In this document: positions 19,328 to 28,052 of the stretch, piece by piece
Layout of the letters: every line of letters starts with the position of its first letter
How positions within the stretch are numbered: position 1 is the stretch's first letter
DNA from: an uncultured Opitutaceae bacterium
GTDB taxonomy: Bacteria > Verrucomicrobiota > Verrucomicrobiia > Opitutales > Opitutaceae
Assembly (NCBI GenBank): GCA_951813085.1
Contig: OX638348.1
Location: forward strand, 627,627 to 691,626
DNA length: 64,000 nt
Direction: 5' to 3'
Position numbers and translations under genes: made by a program
The notes under the pieces: model-generated
Databases searched by the model: none
Told to the model about the DNA's origin: nothing
What the model saw: the letters and a program-made list of their open reading frames with translations, nothing else

Positions 19328-20584
19328 TTATTTGGCTTTCAGCGCCAAGATTGAAGTATCGTCTTGGGGAAAGTTGCTTTTGCTATACGCTTCAAGGAAA
19401 TCGTGTATGTGTTCGATGATTTTGGATACATCTTTTGTCGCAACGGAGGCGAATGCCTGAATCAGGCCCTCCAGTCCAATTTCGGCGTCATCCGAAGAGC
19501 GGCATTCTATTACTCCATCGGTTACGAACAGAATGCAGTCACCTGCCTCCAAATCGAATGCTTTGCTTTGGACCTCGCCGCAAATTCCAAGTCCGATCAC
19601 GTTCTCTGAAGGAAGCGTCACGATCTCGACCTCTCCCGATTGGCTATGAAACCAAAGGGCCGATGGCTGTCCCGCATTCGCGATCGTGATTTGGCAGCCT
19701 CCAGTCTGCTTTGCCTCAAGCGTACCGACCAGAATCGCTACGAACCCCGAGGGTATGAGCCCTTTGAGATGCTCGTCTAGCGTGAGCAATGCCTCATCTA
19801 GCTTATTGAAGCTGCGAGGCATGTAGAAATCAGCCAAGTGCTTGATTAAAACGGTGAATAAACCTGCAGAAACGCCGTGACCGCTTACGTCTCCTAAAAG
19901 GAAGGACAGCTTGTCATTGGTCACGGTAGGAAATGTGATAAGGTCTCCGTTTACCTCGGTAAGGCTTATGCTCGAGGCAGCGATGTCGACGAACGGTAGA
20001 TTTGGGATCGGACCCGGAATTAACCGACGTTGAATACGTCGGGCATTGTCGAAATCCGTCTGCATGATATCGTTCTTGCGCTTCAGGAGCTCGCGGCTTT
20101 TTTCCAATTCGATCTGGGCGTTGATCTGCTCAGTGACGTCTCGGGTTATGCCCATCATTCCAACCACATTTCCGGACGCCAAATGCAATGGGATCTTCGT
20201 TGAGGTCGCCCACGTGATGCTACCATCGGGCCAGGTCTCTTTCTCAGTGATATTGACGAGCTTCTCGTCGCCCCGCATCAGCCTTTGCTCATCGTCGTAG
20301 GATTGTTGGGCATGTTCCCGAGTGAAGAAGTCAAAGTCGCTTTTTCCCTCTAGTTCTTCGGTTGAAGCCAATCCAAACTTCTTCGCAACCACATCGCTCG
20401 CCTTGACGAAGCGGCTTTTGCGATCCTTGAAATAGACCTGGTCCTGCGTTTGGCTCAACAGCGCATCGAAGAGCATCAGGTCAGATGCGTTCAGCAATTC
20501 AGAATGGTCTCCTTCGGGTGTTTGCATGGGGCCTAAGCCGGAGGGAGAATCAGTTTTCGAAGGGCTTGGGTCAATCCCAATCAC
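19328..20584 (-). CDS. PAS-domain PP2C/SpoIIE-type serine phosphatase (RsbU-like)
   Basis: N-terminal PAS-like region and C-terminal PPM phosphatase signature (…LLGDVSGHGVSAGLFTVLIKHL…FVTDGVIE…). Confidence 0.75.
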   Translation of the reverse strand: MIGIDPSPSKTDSPSGLGPMQTPEGDHSELLNASDLMLFDALLSQTQDQVYFKDRKSRFVKASDVVAKKFGLASTEELEGKSDFDFFTREHAQQSYDDEQRLMRGDEKLVNITEKETWPDGSITWATSTKIPLHLASGNVVGMMGITRDVTEQINAQIELEKSRELLKRKNDIMQTDFDNARRIQRRLIPGPIPNLPFVDIAASSISLTEVNGDLITFPTVTNDKLSFLLGDVSGHGVSAGLFTVLIKHLADFYMPRSFNKLDEALLTLDEHLKGLIPSGFVAILVGTLEAKQTGGCQITIANAGQPSALWFHSQSGEVEIVTLPSENVIGLGICGEVQSKAFDLEAGDCILFVTDGVIECRSSDDAEIGLEGLIQAFASVATKDVSKIIEHIHDFLEAYSKSNFPQDDTSILALKAK

Positions 20585-20611
20585 AATGGGAGATCGATAC
20601 GCGTTTTCCCG

Positions 20612-21913
20612 CTAATCAGTCGCTCGATAGTATCCACCCAATTCCGATGCCAGATAAGCGAATGTAACATAGGCAGCGGCGCTTTGATTGATCCGTTCAG
20701 GCTCGATTTTGTCTATCGTATCGTTGGCTGTGTGGTGGAGGTCGAAATAATCGTCCGTAAACATGTCGAGTCCAACAATGGGAACGCCAGCGTTGCTCAT
20801 GGGGACGATATCCGGTCCTCCTCGGGACTTTGCTCTTCCAGGCTGAACCCCCAGCTTGGATAGGGCTGATCGGATTGTGGACAAGGTAGGTTCGAGTGGA
20901 TTGCCCACGCCAATATCGATCGTATGAACTGGGCCTTGGCCGGCATCCGCTTCGACCGCGATGATGTGGCGAGCCAATTCGTTCCGGTTGTTTTCGACGT
21001 AGAAGTTCCCGCCATAGATTCCAATTTCCTCCGCTCCAAAAAGGACGACGCGAATTGTTCGCTTTGGACGTTCGGGCAAGTCGAGGATTAGCTTCGAGGC
21101 CGTCATAACAATGCCGACGCCCGCTCCATCATCGATCGCTCCAGTCCCCAGGTCCCAAGAGTCAATGTGGGCCCCCAGCAAGACGATTTCATCGGGGCGT
21201 TCACTGCCTGAGATTTCAGCGATAAGGTTTTGGCTAGTTACGGTTCCAAGCTGTTTTGGTGTCAGGACGATTCGAATACGTATTGAATCCGTTCGGGTAG
21301 CAAGACGATCAAGCTGTTGGGCATCCGGTACGGATAGGGCTGCGGCGGGTATGCGTGGAACGCCATCCTAGTATCGAGTTCCACCCGTGTGCGCCATTCG
21401 ATCGCCGTCAGTTCCAGCGGACCTCATCAGGAAAGCGATCACGCCACGCTTGGCGGCTTCCGATGGGCCATTTCCGCGTATCGGTCCTGAGATGCGTCCA
21501 TATTCGCCAATTCCCATTGCCTGCGCGACCACTGCGATTTTTCCGCTCAAGGATCCTTCTGGTTGATCGAGGAGCGCCTGTATTGTGGGGAATAGAGCGA
21601 TCTCCGCTTCAATTCCTTCTGGTGGAGTAGCGACGCTGCCGCCCAAGGCCGTTATGACGAGGCCTTGCGGGGAGGGTAGAGTAATCTCGGCGGTTTCCAG
21701 GCCGCGCTCCCAACCGCGGTCGACGGGGAAAGATTCGGTCCAGATTTTATCGAATCCGTATTCCTCGAATCGCTTAGCTGCCCATTCCACCGCCTGCTTC
21801 TCGCTTTCGGAACCGAAAAGGCGGGGTCCAATCTCGGTGGTGAGATCAGTTGCGATCTCCAGCGCGAGTCCCGTAGAAATGGCTTGCTCCGCGAGGCGCT
21901 CCGCGGTTTTCAA
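20612..21913 (-). pseudogene. M28-family Zn peptidase with PA domain, interrupted by an in-frame TAG
   Basis: ORFs 21368-21913 and 20612-21181 share one frame. The stop-free stretch between them encodes …DGVPRIPAAALSVP…LIAEISGSERPDEIVLLGAHIDSWDLGTGAIDDGAG…, a continuous M28 peptidase. A single TAG (plus-strand 'cta' at 21368-21370) is the only interruption. The reading frame upstream of 21913 also encodes a signal peptide (…SRLGSIAIALLSSTLSYS…) but has no canonical start codon. Confidence 0.7.
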
Positions 21914-22019
21914 TGCGGTCTCGTTGGAGTAGGAGAGAGTTGAGGAAAGCAGAGCGATTGCGATGCTTCCCAGTCGAGATTTGGAAGCATTGAACGGTAG
22001 TTGAAAGTTAGTGACGTCG

Positions 22020-22976
22020 TTACTCTTCCGAATCGGTTGCTGCGTCGCTGTCTTCTTCGACCCCCACGGTTTCGAGCGTGCCGATGTCCACGGATCCGGT
22101 TCCGAAGTGAGTATTGCTTTTTGCGTATTTCTCTAGGCTGGTTCCAAAGTAGGGCCGTGCGGCCCGGGCAAGGGCTGGATAGGCGTCCACGAAGTTCGTG
22201 CCGATCGCAGGTACGCTGAATCGCGTCGTCCAAAGGAGTTCAGTCTCCTTCGTCGCCTTTAGCTTTTGGAAATCGTATGCCATGAGAATGATAAAATAAC
22301 GCTCATCTTCGAGTTCGACTCGCAAATTGAATTCCTCATTCCGATTGATGTTCTTTCGGCTTAGGGCCCTTCCGATACCCAACTCCCTATTGTCCATTAT
22401 GGTCTTGTGCTTTGCGACATTGTTTCGGCTGACTCTTGCTAAATCCTGAAGGTCTTCAAACGATTCGCTGTAGTTTTCTGAAAACCCTGTATATTCGCTC
22501 TCCTCGGGATCCGAGTAGAGGCCATCCGCGGTATCTGCATACGGATCTGAAGAGTCGGTCGGAAAGAGGTCTTCCCAATCCTGCTCTACGCTCGTTGATC
22601 CATAGTGTACGACGATAAGCAGGTCGCCGTCGTCAGGAATCGCAGAAGGATAGTAATTTCGGTCCTTCATGTTTTCGGCGAGACTACCGATTATTTCTTC
22701 GAAACTGGGCGTCCTGAGACTTTTGTCCTTAAAGTCTCTTCCGTAAAAATTCCCCTTCATGAAGACGAAGGTTTCATACTTAGATCCTTCGTCGGTATTC
22801 TTAGACTCATCGTAGGACACGGATGCCTCTGAATCTACGAAAACGCGCGCTGTTTTTGCAGCGAATCCAGTCGCTACGAGTGAAGCTAGGGCGATCGCTA
22901 AGAGTCCGGAACGAATCCAGTGAATTCGTTCTTTAGCTAGGAGGGCAGTGCCTTCAGTTGGAGAGCATGGGTTCAT
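22020..22976 (-). CDS. Hypothetical secreted acidic protein
   Basis: 318 aa with an N-terminal signal/anchor (…GLLAIALASLVATGFAAK…) and many D/E/S/Y-rich stretches. No recognisable family. Confidence 0.5.
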   Translation of the reverse strand: MNPCSPTEGTALLAKERIHWIRSGLLAIALASLVATGFAAKTARVFVDSEASVSYDESKNTDEGSKYETFVFMKGNFYGRDFKDKSLRTPSFEEIIGSLAENMKDRNYYPSAIPDDGDLLIVVHYGSTSVEQDWEDLFPTDSSDPYADTADGLYSDPEESEYTGFSENYSESFEDLQDLARVSRNNVAKHKTIMDNRELGIGRALSRKNINRNEEFNLRVELEDERYFIILMAYDFQKLKATKETELLWTTRFSVPAIGTNFVDAYPALARAARPYFGTSLEKYAKSNTHFGTGSVDIGTLETVGVEEDSDAATDSEE

Positions 22977-23099
22977 TTCAGTGTAGATTCCGGCTATTTG
23001 CTATCAGTTGGACAGTGCTGGCTTGGTCAAAATTGATTACTCTAGATAACGGAAAGAAATCGCATCACTAAATAAGTACAACGTCAATCGGGACTAGTT

Positions 23100-23119
23100 G
23101 GTAGTGTCCTAATTTGAAT
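23100..23119 (+). repeat. Terminal inverted repeat, left copy (overlaps the transposase stop codon)
   Basis: 20/20 match to the reverse complement of 25571-25590. Confidence 0.7.
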
Positions 23120-23777
23120 CGGTCCTTTCGACAAGCTCCGCGACCGACATTTGAGAATCCATCACACCGGCCTCCATTGCAGGAGCGCAACGAATCGTTT
23201 GGTGACGTTCGCAGAGGTTGCAGTATGCGTAGTGCAATGAGATTGCCGCTTCGAAATTGCGGCGCTTCTTACTGAATGCGTTGGTCAAGCGGCTTAGACG
23301 GCGGCAATGCATGCGGGCTGTGTGATTCTGCTTCTCGATATATGAGGTCGAAACCTTCTTCATGTCTGGGTTTCCCGCTTCGACCCTTCTTTCGATATGC
23401 ATGCATTCGGGCGGCGAATAACGGCGGCTTTCCGCAAGATCGTCCATGAGTCGCATTGCGCGAGGCAAGTCGCGATCTCCCACAACGACAGAAGGCGCAA
23501 GCTTAGTGTCGGCATCGATCGCAGACCAAACCCAAACGTCACCAAATCCTGGATCAAGCTTGTTCTTGGCTACCGTCTTCTTCTTGGCGCCGATGAATCC
23601 CCGCATTTCGTCAGCTTGGATGCTGCTACATGCGAGACCACGCATCGACTCATCGAGAAGCTTGCGGCATCCCTCTCCGACCCTGACACCAAGACGCATG
23701 ATCGCGTCACGGTGAATTGAGGTCATGCGTTCAATGGAGCGGACACGATTGCCTTCGCAGAGCATTGATACCGCCAT
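23109..23777 (-). CDS. IS1-family transposase (InsAB-like; lacks N-terminal zinc finger, possibly degenerate)
   Basis: Recalled similarity to IS1 InsB: …ADEMRGFIGAKKK… matches AEMDEQWGYVGAKSR; …VVVGDRDLPRAMRLMDDL… matches HVFGERTMATLGRLMSLL; …YIEKQNHTARMHCRRLSRLTNAFSKK… matches [27 protein letters not shown]. An HTH-like InsA-type segment precedes it. The segment corresponding to the IS1 'TDGW' catalytic region is not evident. Confidence 0.7.
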   Translation of the reverse strand: MAVSMLCEGNRVRSIERMTSIHRDAIMRLGVRVGEGCRKLLDESMRGLACSSIQADEMRGFIGAKKKTVAKNKLDPGFGDVWVWSAIDADTKLAPSVVVGDRDLPRAMRLMDDLAESRRYSPPECMHIERRVEAGNPDMKKVSTSYIEKQNHTARMHCRRLSRLTNAFSKKRRNFEAAISLHYAYCNLCERHQTIRCAPAMEAGVMDSQMSVAELVERTDSN

Positions 23778-23939
23778 TGTTTTGCTTTCGATTGTTTGCC
23801 ATGTCGTTTTCTCAACTTGATTGATATTCTGCTTTAATCAGTATGCTAGCCAATTAAAAAAGTAGGAAAGGAGTCGAATCTTGGCTGCGCTAGGGAAGGG
23901 GCTGGAGGACCAAAGGGCCAGACGAAGAAAAAGGTCTCC

Positions 23940-24371
23940 GTGTCGCTGGACAAGGAGACCCTAGGGAAAGCTTTAAGGAAATGGGGCGGGGATAAGACCT
24001 CTCAGCTACTGGGCGCCCTTCTTAAGGAGCATGTAAAGAAGCAGCGCTTTATTCAATTCAAGCTTGCAGCCTGCGGGGCTCGAACCCATGCCTCCGAGCT
24101 GGGAAGAGGCGCGGTTCGCCGATTGGCCCAAGGCTGCGAATTGGTCGAGCCCTCGCGCCTCACGGGAGAATCCGCCAAGGTTCACACTCCTGCGGGGCGC
24201 CGTCGTTTTGTTCGCGCGGGTGCGGGCGGCTCGTTGTCCATCGCGGGGCCGAAGCCCTGCCTATCCTGCTATTTCACTACCACGCGCCCTGAAGCTTGCT
24301 GCAGCGCTTTGGCGAGCTGGGAAGAGGCAGCTAGCGTTGGTTACGCGCGCTGCCGGACATTTGGGGTTTAG
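23940..24371 (+). CDS. Small ribbon-helix-helix/VapB-like antitoxin-type N-terminus (first 45 aa or so); the rest of the ORF is probably non-coding GC-rich read-through
   Basis: N-terminus (V)SLDKETLGKALRKWGGDKTSQLLGALLKEHVKK has the pattern of small RHH/VapB-type antitoxins. Beyond about 24075 the ORF overlaps a tRNA-like remnant and reads like translated GC-rich non-coding DNA. Confidence 0.25.
   Translation: MSLDKETLGKALRKWGGDKTSQLLGALLKEHVKKQRFIQFKLAACGARTHASELGRGAVRRLAQGCELVEPSRLTGESAKVHTPAGRRRFVRAGAGGSLSIAGPKPCLSCYFTTTRPEACCSALASWEEAASVGYARCRTFGV
24065..24137 (-). tRNA. Degenerate tRNA-like remnant (73 nt; intact acceptor stem and T-arm, broken anticodon arm)
   Basis: On the minus strand there is a perfect 7-bp acceptor stem (GCAGCCT/AGGCTGC), discriminator A, and T-arm ATGGG-TTCGAGC-CCCGC. 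Total length is exactly 73 nt. The anticodon arm cannot form a canonical 5-bp stem with a 7-nt loop. Confidence 0.35.
24095..24110 (+). repeat. Direct repeat copy 1 (cgagctgggaagaggc) inside the tRNA-like remnant
   Basis: Identical 16-mer recurs at 24313-24328. Both copies are preceded by aagcttgc (24060-24067 and 24292-24299). The second copy looks like the first with the T-arm segment deleted. Confidence 0.5.
24313..24328 (+). repeat. Direct repeat copy 2 (partial duplicate of the tRNA-like remnant)
   Basis: See copy 1. Confidence 0.5.
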
Positions 24372-24602
24372 CGTAAATAGCGGATCCGCAAAGGTTTCAG
24401 TCTCAGCGATGAAGAAATATGGCCTTATAGAGGATGAGGGCAGCCGCGCCTCTCGCAAGATGCGGATATCTGAGCAGGGCATCGCATTATTGAAGCCATC
24501 AAATCCAGGAAGGCCCCGGCTTTTGGGGGAAGCGGCTTTGAAACCCGCAACCCATACCGAGCTATGGGAGCGGTTCGGCGGCGGGGGATCCGATGGCTAA
24601 GA

Positions 24603-25173
24603 CTACCTAGTTTTCGAACGGCGATTTACTGAAGCTGCCGCAAAGGCCCTAATCTCGCAATCTCGAGATACGATTTCATTTGCAAAGATAGGTGAAGGCG
24701 ATAGGGCCGAGGCGAATTCAGATGAAGAGAAAGAGCCGCCGCCCGTAGGTTCGCTTGCTCAATGGGCTTCTGGCGGCGTTGATCGGTTTGCAGAGCCTAA
24801 GAAAATTAAAGGCATGTCTGACGATGGCGAATGGGCCTTCGTTGATGGTAGCCCAACTGGGCTGCGTATGGCAGAAGCATCACTGGCGGAACCACCCCTT
24901 GCCAAAGGGGAGCAATCAAAGGCTCGAAGCCCGCCGCCCAATCCGTCTGCTCTCAAAAAAGAGCAAGCAAGCGGCGCGCAAGAAGCCCCTCCGGCAGAAG
25001 GCTACGCCAAGGAACGATTCACGACTGAGGAGGGTCCAGCGCTTTTGCGATGGCCCATGGAGCTTTCCGAAGATAGCGTGGAGGATATTGAATACTGGAT
25101 CGAGGGAGCGATGCGACGGGCGCGCCGAAAAGCAGGTTCGCCACCTGCAGGATCAGAATGGGCGAATGCTTAG
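24603..25173 (+). CDS. Hypothetical acidic, low-complexity protein (frame open upstream of the ORF-track M at 24814)
   Basis: Stop-free frame from about 24603 (…FERRFTEAAAKALISQSRDTISFAKIGEGDRAEANSDEEKEPPP…MELSEDSVEDIEYWIEGAMRRARRKAG…). No canonical start upstream of 24814. May be a frameshifted continuation of ORF 24064-24600. Confidence 0.3.
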
Positions 25174-25445
25174 CCAACCTCCCTGACGCCGCGACAGCAA
25201 TGCACGGCGTTCCCTGTTCGCATGTGGAGGCCGCTCGCGTCATTGAGGCGATGGACGGTAAGGAGGCTTGGAACGGCGAGGCTGGGGTGTTCGCGCTCTC
25301 AGGACACCCCCAGCCACAAATGCCTATGCGTGGGGCTACAAGGACGAGATTCAGTACATGGCTGCGCTAAATGTGCCGCCGATCCATTCAGCCCGTGAAG
25401 CCGTACAAGCAGCTATTGCCAGCGGAAATTTCTCGTGATCGACAT

Positions 25446-25529
25446 CGGGAGGGGGATTCGAACCCCCGGACGTATGGTACGTACGCCCGATTATCAATCG
25501 GATGCCTTAAGCCACTCAGCCATCCCTCC
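25446..25529 (-). tRNA. Type-II (Ser-like) tRNA pseudogene/remnant: anticodon loop reads GAU, acceptor stem 3' strand mismatched
   Basis: Minus strand reads GGAGGGA-TG-GCT-GAGTGGCTTAA-GGC-A-TCCGA-TTGATAA-TCGGG-[long variable arm CGT ACGTA CCA TACGT CC]-GGGGG-TTCGAAT-CCCCC-TCCCGAT. The D-arm and variable-arm layout matches tRNA-Ser. The anticodon is GAU rather than GCU/NGA. The last three acceptor pairs fail (3' strand …CCCGAT instead of …CCCTCC). It lies just inside the right IR. Confidence 0.45.
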
Positions 25530-25570
25530 ATAAGTTCTATCTTAGGAGAATCCGGCGTTTGGTCAATCAA

Positions 25571-25590
25571 ATTCAAATTAGGACACTACC
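25571..25590 (-). repeat. Terminal inverted repeat, right copy
   Basis: 20/20 match to the reverse complement of 23100-23119. Confidence 0.7.
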
Positions 25591-25665
25591 GAGGAAAGTC
25601 GTTGGTGTTCCTAAGAAGGACCAGAATTCGGTTTGGGACCCGATGACGGAGTTCCTAGGATTGGT

Positions 25666-26442
25666 TTATTCGAAAAAAGCTCGGTTATCGGGTTTGGCGT
25701 CCGGCGCCCATATCTTGATGTTGTCGACCCATCCGATGTCGTCGAACGAGCCGAATCCGATGAAGCCTTGGTCAAAGGGAACGTCGTCCGCGATCATGAT
25801 AGGCGTGAGCATGTCGTCGAAATAGAGGGCCACCGTGCTTTTCGCTACATCGCGCACGATGCGGATCTTTCGCCACTCGCTCACGCCCCAGTCTACGCCG
25901 ACCGTTCTGAAGTCAGTGATAGGCGTTCGGTCCGCCTCATTCACGACGAAGACATTGTGGGCGTTGTTGTCGCCGGTCTTGGCGATGTGGATATACATGT
26001 AGTGAGCGGGATCTTCGAACCCGAAGAAAAAGCAATGGTCCCGATGGGCGTAGCCGCGCCCTTGGGTCGGATCCGGGTTCTCCTCCATGAATTGAGCGAT
26101 AGGAGTGCCTTTCACGCCGCTTTGCAGAATGTCCACTTCCAAGACGAAGCTGCCGAACGTATAGCCTCTGATCAGGGCGATGTTCAACGGGGAGCGGTGG
26201 GGTGGCTCGTAGTCGCTCGCCCCTTCCAGGGCGAGGAGACGGTTTCCGTCTTCGCTTCGCAGGTTCCAGGCAGAAGCGTCCGTCATCATGAAGTCTTGTA
26301 TCGATTTCTGAGAGCTGAACGATTGCTTGTATTGAAGCTTGTATCCGTCGGGTAGGTCGTCGGGGGCGCCGATGAGGGCAGGAGAAACCAGGCTGATGAG
26401 CCAAGAAAGCGCGATGAATGGAGAGTAGCGTATAGGAAGCAT
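25666..26442 (-). CDS. DUF1080-type (3-keto-disaccharide hydrolase-like, LamG-fold) secreted protein
   Basis: ATG at 26440-26442 followed by a signal peptide (MLPIRYSPFIALSWLISLVSPALIG). The body (…FFFGFEDPAHYMYIHIAK…ALYFDDMLTPIM…FIGFGSFDD…) fits the DUF1080 jelly-roll family. The ORF-track upstream extension has no signal peptide. Confidence 0.65.
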   Translation of the reverse strand: MLPIRYSPFIALSWLISLVSPALIGAPDDLPDGYKLQYKQSFSSQKSIQDFMMTDASAWNLRSEDGNRLLALEGASDYEPPHRSPLNIALIRGYTFGSFVLEVDILQSGVKGTPIAQFMEENPDPTQGRGYAHRDHCFFFGFEDPAHYMYIHIAKTGDNNAHNVFVVNEADRTPITDFRTVGVDWGVSEWRKIRIVRDVAKSTVALYFDDMLTPIMIADDVPFDQGFIGFGSFDDIGWVDNIKIWAPDAKPDNRAFFE

Positions 26443-26584
26443 TGGGGACGGATGATAGGAAACAGAGACGTTAGGACGGCTCCCTGCGCGAATGCAAATG
26501 ATAAACCTTAAAATCACACACCTGTAGGGTTTAACAGATTAAGCTATTGTCTCACTAATTGTCATTGCCTCCGCAAGGGCCCTT

Positions 26585-27400
26585 GTGGATGGTCGCAAGA
26601 CATTCAAACCGCGTATGGATCTTAATCTGGAATATAAAGTTGTCATCGTTACGGGCGGGACAAAGGGAATTGGCGAAGGCATCTCGCGATCGTTCGCTGC
26701 AGAAGGCGCGCAGGTTGTCGTATTCGGTAGAAACCAAGACGAAGGGGACGCCTTCGTCGCTCAATTGCAGGCGTCTCAAGGGAAGGCTGCCTTTCGATTC
26801 GCGGAACTCACGGACGAAGCCCAAGTGAAAAATGCGGTTGCGGATACTTTGCAGGAGTATGGACGCATCGACGTCGTGGTGAATAATGCGGGCGTGAATG
26901 ACAGCGTAAATTTGGAGGCGGGCGTGGAAGCGTTTCGTGCCTCGCTCGAGAAGAACCTGACCCAATGCTATGCCTTGGTCCATCATTGCTTGGACGCGCT
27001 CAAGTCAAGCCGAGGCAATATTGTCAATATCGGCTCGAAGGTCGCTGAAACGGGACAGGGGGGGACGTCTGGATATGCGGCTTCGAAAGGAGGGATTAAT
27101 GGCCTGACGCGTGAATGGGCGCTGGATCTGGCGAATCACGGAATCCGCGTCAATTGCGTCATTCCCGCTGAGGTGATGACTCCCCTCTACGAGCGATGGA
27201 TCGCCCGGCAACCGGATCCGGAAGCGGACTTGAAAGCGATATGCGATTCGATTCCGCTCGAGAATCGGATGACGACTATCGAAGAGGTTGGCGATGCTGT
27301 CGTGTTCGTAGCATCCGATCGATCATCGCATACGACTGGTCAAATTTTGTACGTAGACGGCGGATACACGCATTTCGATCGCCGTTGTACGCATCTGTAG
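26585..27400 (+). CDS. SDR-family oxidoreductase
   Basis: Rossmann motif VIVTGGTKGIGEGI, NNAGV, and a catalytic Y…K region (SGYAASKGGINGLTR). The start is probably the M of MDLNLEYKVV (about 26618). Confidence 0.8.
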   Translation: MDGRKTFKPRMDLNLEYKVVIVTGGTKGIGEGISRSFAAEGAQVVVFGRNQDEGDAFVAQLQASQGKAAFRFAELTDEAQVKNAVADTLQEYGRIDVVVNNAGVNDSVNLEAGVEAFRASLEKNLTQCYALVHHCLDALKSSRGNIVNIGSKVAETGQGGTSGYAASKGGINGLTREWALDLANHGIRVNCVIPAEVMTPLYERWIARQPDPEADLKAICDSIPLENRMTTIEEVGDAVVFVASDRSSHTTGQILYVDGGYTHFDRRCTHL

Positions 27401-27596
27401 GGTGTGGTCGCTCGGAGATCGACCGCTACCAGGTATCAGCGAACAACGACAGCCGCACGGTCGTCCTGAAGGACGGTACAGGCAACTTGAGCTTGAATGG
27501 GGATTTTTCCTTGGCGAGCGTGAACGACAGGATCGTCTTGTCCTATTATGAACATAGCTCCACTTGGGTGGAGATCTCCAGAAGCTCCAACGCGTC

Positions 27597-28022
27597 TTAG
27601 CTGCCCTTCATGATTTCCTGCTCATGCCGCGTCGCGCGAGCGTGCTCTTGGACCTTCCGCAGCGCTTCGGCCTTCTCCTCGACGAACACGCGAGGCATCA
27701 AGCGCTGAATGTGCGTTTTGCGCGGGCCTTTCTCTCGCGCTGCTTCAATGGAGAGCAGCGCGCGGGCGTCGTCCTGCGAAATCGCCCTCTCCTTCAGCTT
27801 GTTGGAGAGCTGGACGTACCCGACCACGTCGCCGCTCGTCGGATTGGAGACGAGCGCCACCCGGCGCTCGGAATCGTGCAAGGACACCGGAGCCGTGAGA
27901 AGCCCCCTCCTTTGCAGGTTGGCAATGACCTTCCGCGTGATGGCGGGCTGCTCTGCGAATAGCTTCGGATATTCCTTCATTTCCTGTTGAATGGTTTTTT
28001 TCATCTTATCGTCATTTGCCAT
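27597..28022 (-). CDS. Hypothetical protein (141 aa)
   Basis: ORF with reasonable composition. No recognisable family. Confidence 0.4.
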   Translation of the reverse strand: MANDDKMKKTIQQEMKEYPKLFAEQPAITRKVIANLQRRGLLTAPVSLHDSERRVALVSNPTSGDVVGYVQLSNKLKERAISQDDARALLSIEAAREKGPRKTHIQRLMPRVFVEEKAEALRKVQEHARATRHEQEIMKGS

Positions 28023-28052
28023 AGGTTGCCGTTGAAATTCGTCGGTATGGGT

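Larger units (their letters stand above)
23100..25590. mobile_element. IS1-family-like element or island remnant bounded by perfect 20-bp terminal inverted repeats
   Basis: ggtagtgtcctaatttgaat at 23100-23119 is the exact reverse complement of attcaaattaggacactacc at 25571-25590. The IR tip (GGTAGTG…) resembles the IS1 terminus (GGTGATG…/GGTAATG…). The bounded segment holds an IS1-like transposase, a VapB-like small ORF and two degenerate tRNA-like sequences. Confidence 0.45.

Noticed and set aside
24064-24600. 178-aa ORF as a real protein-coding gene
   Set aside because: It is GC-rich, overlaps the 23940 ORF in another frame, and spans the tRNA-like remnant and its partial duplicate. It looks like translated non-coding repeat DNA.
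25446-25529. A functional tRNA-Ile(GAU) or an amber-suppressor tRNA inside the island
   Set aside because: The structure is type-II and Ser-like, the anticodon loop is not CUA, and three acceptor-stem pairs are mismatched. It is best read as a disrupted tRNA-Ser remnant.
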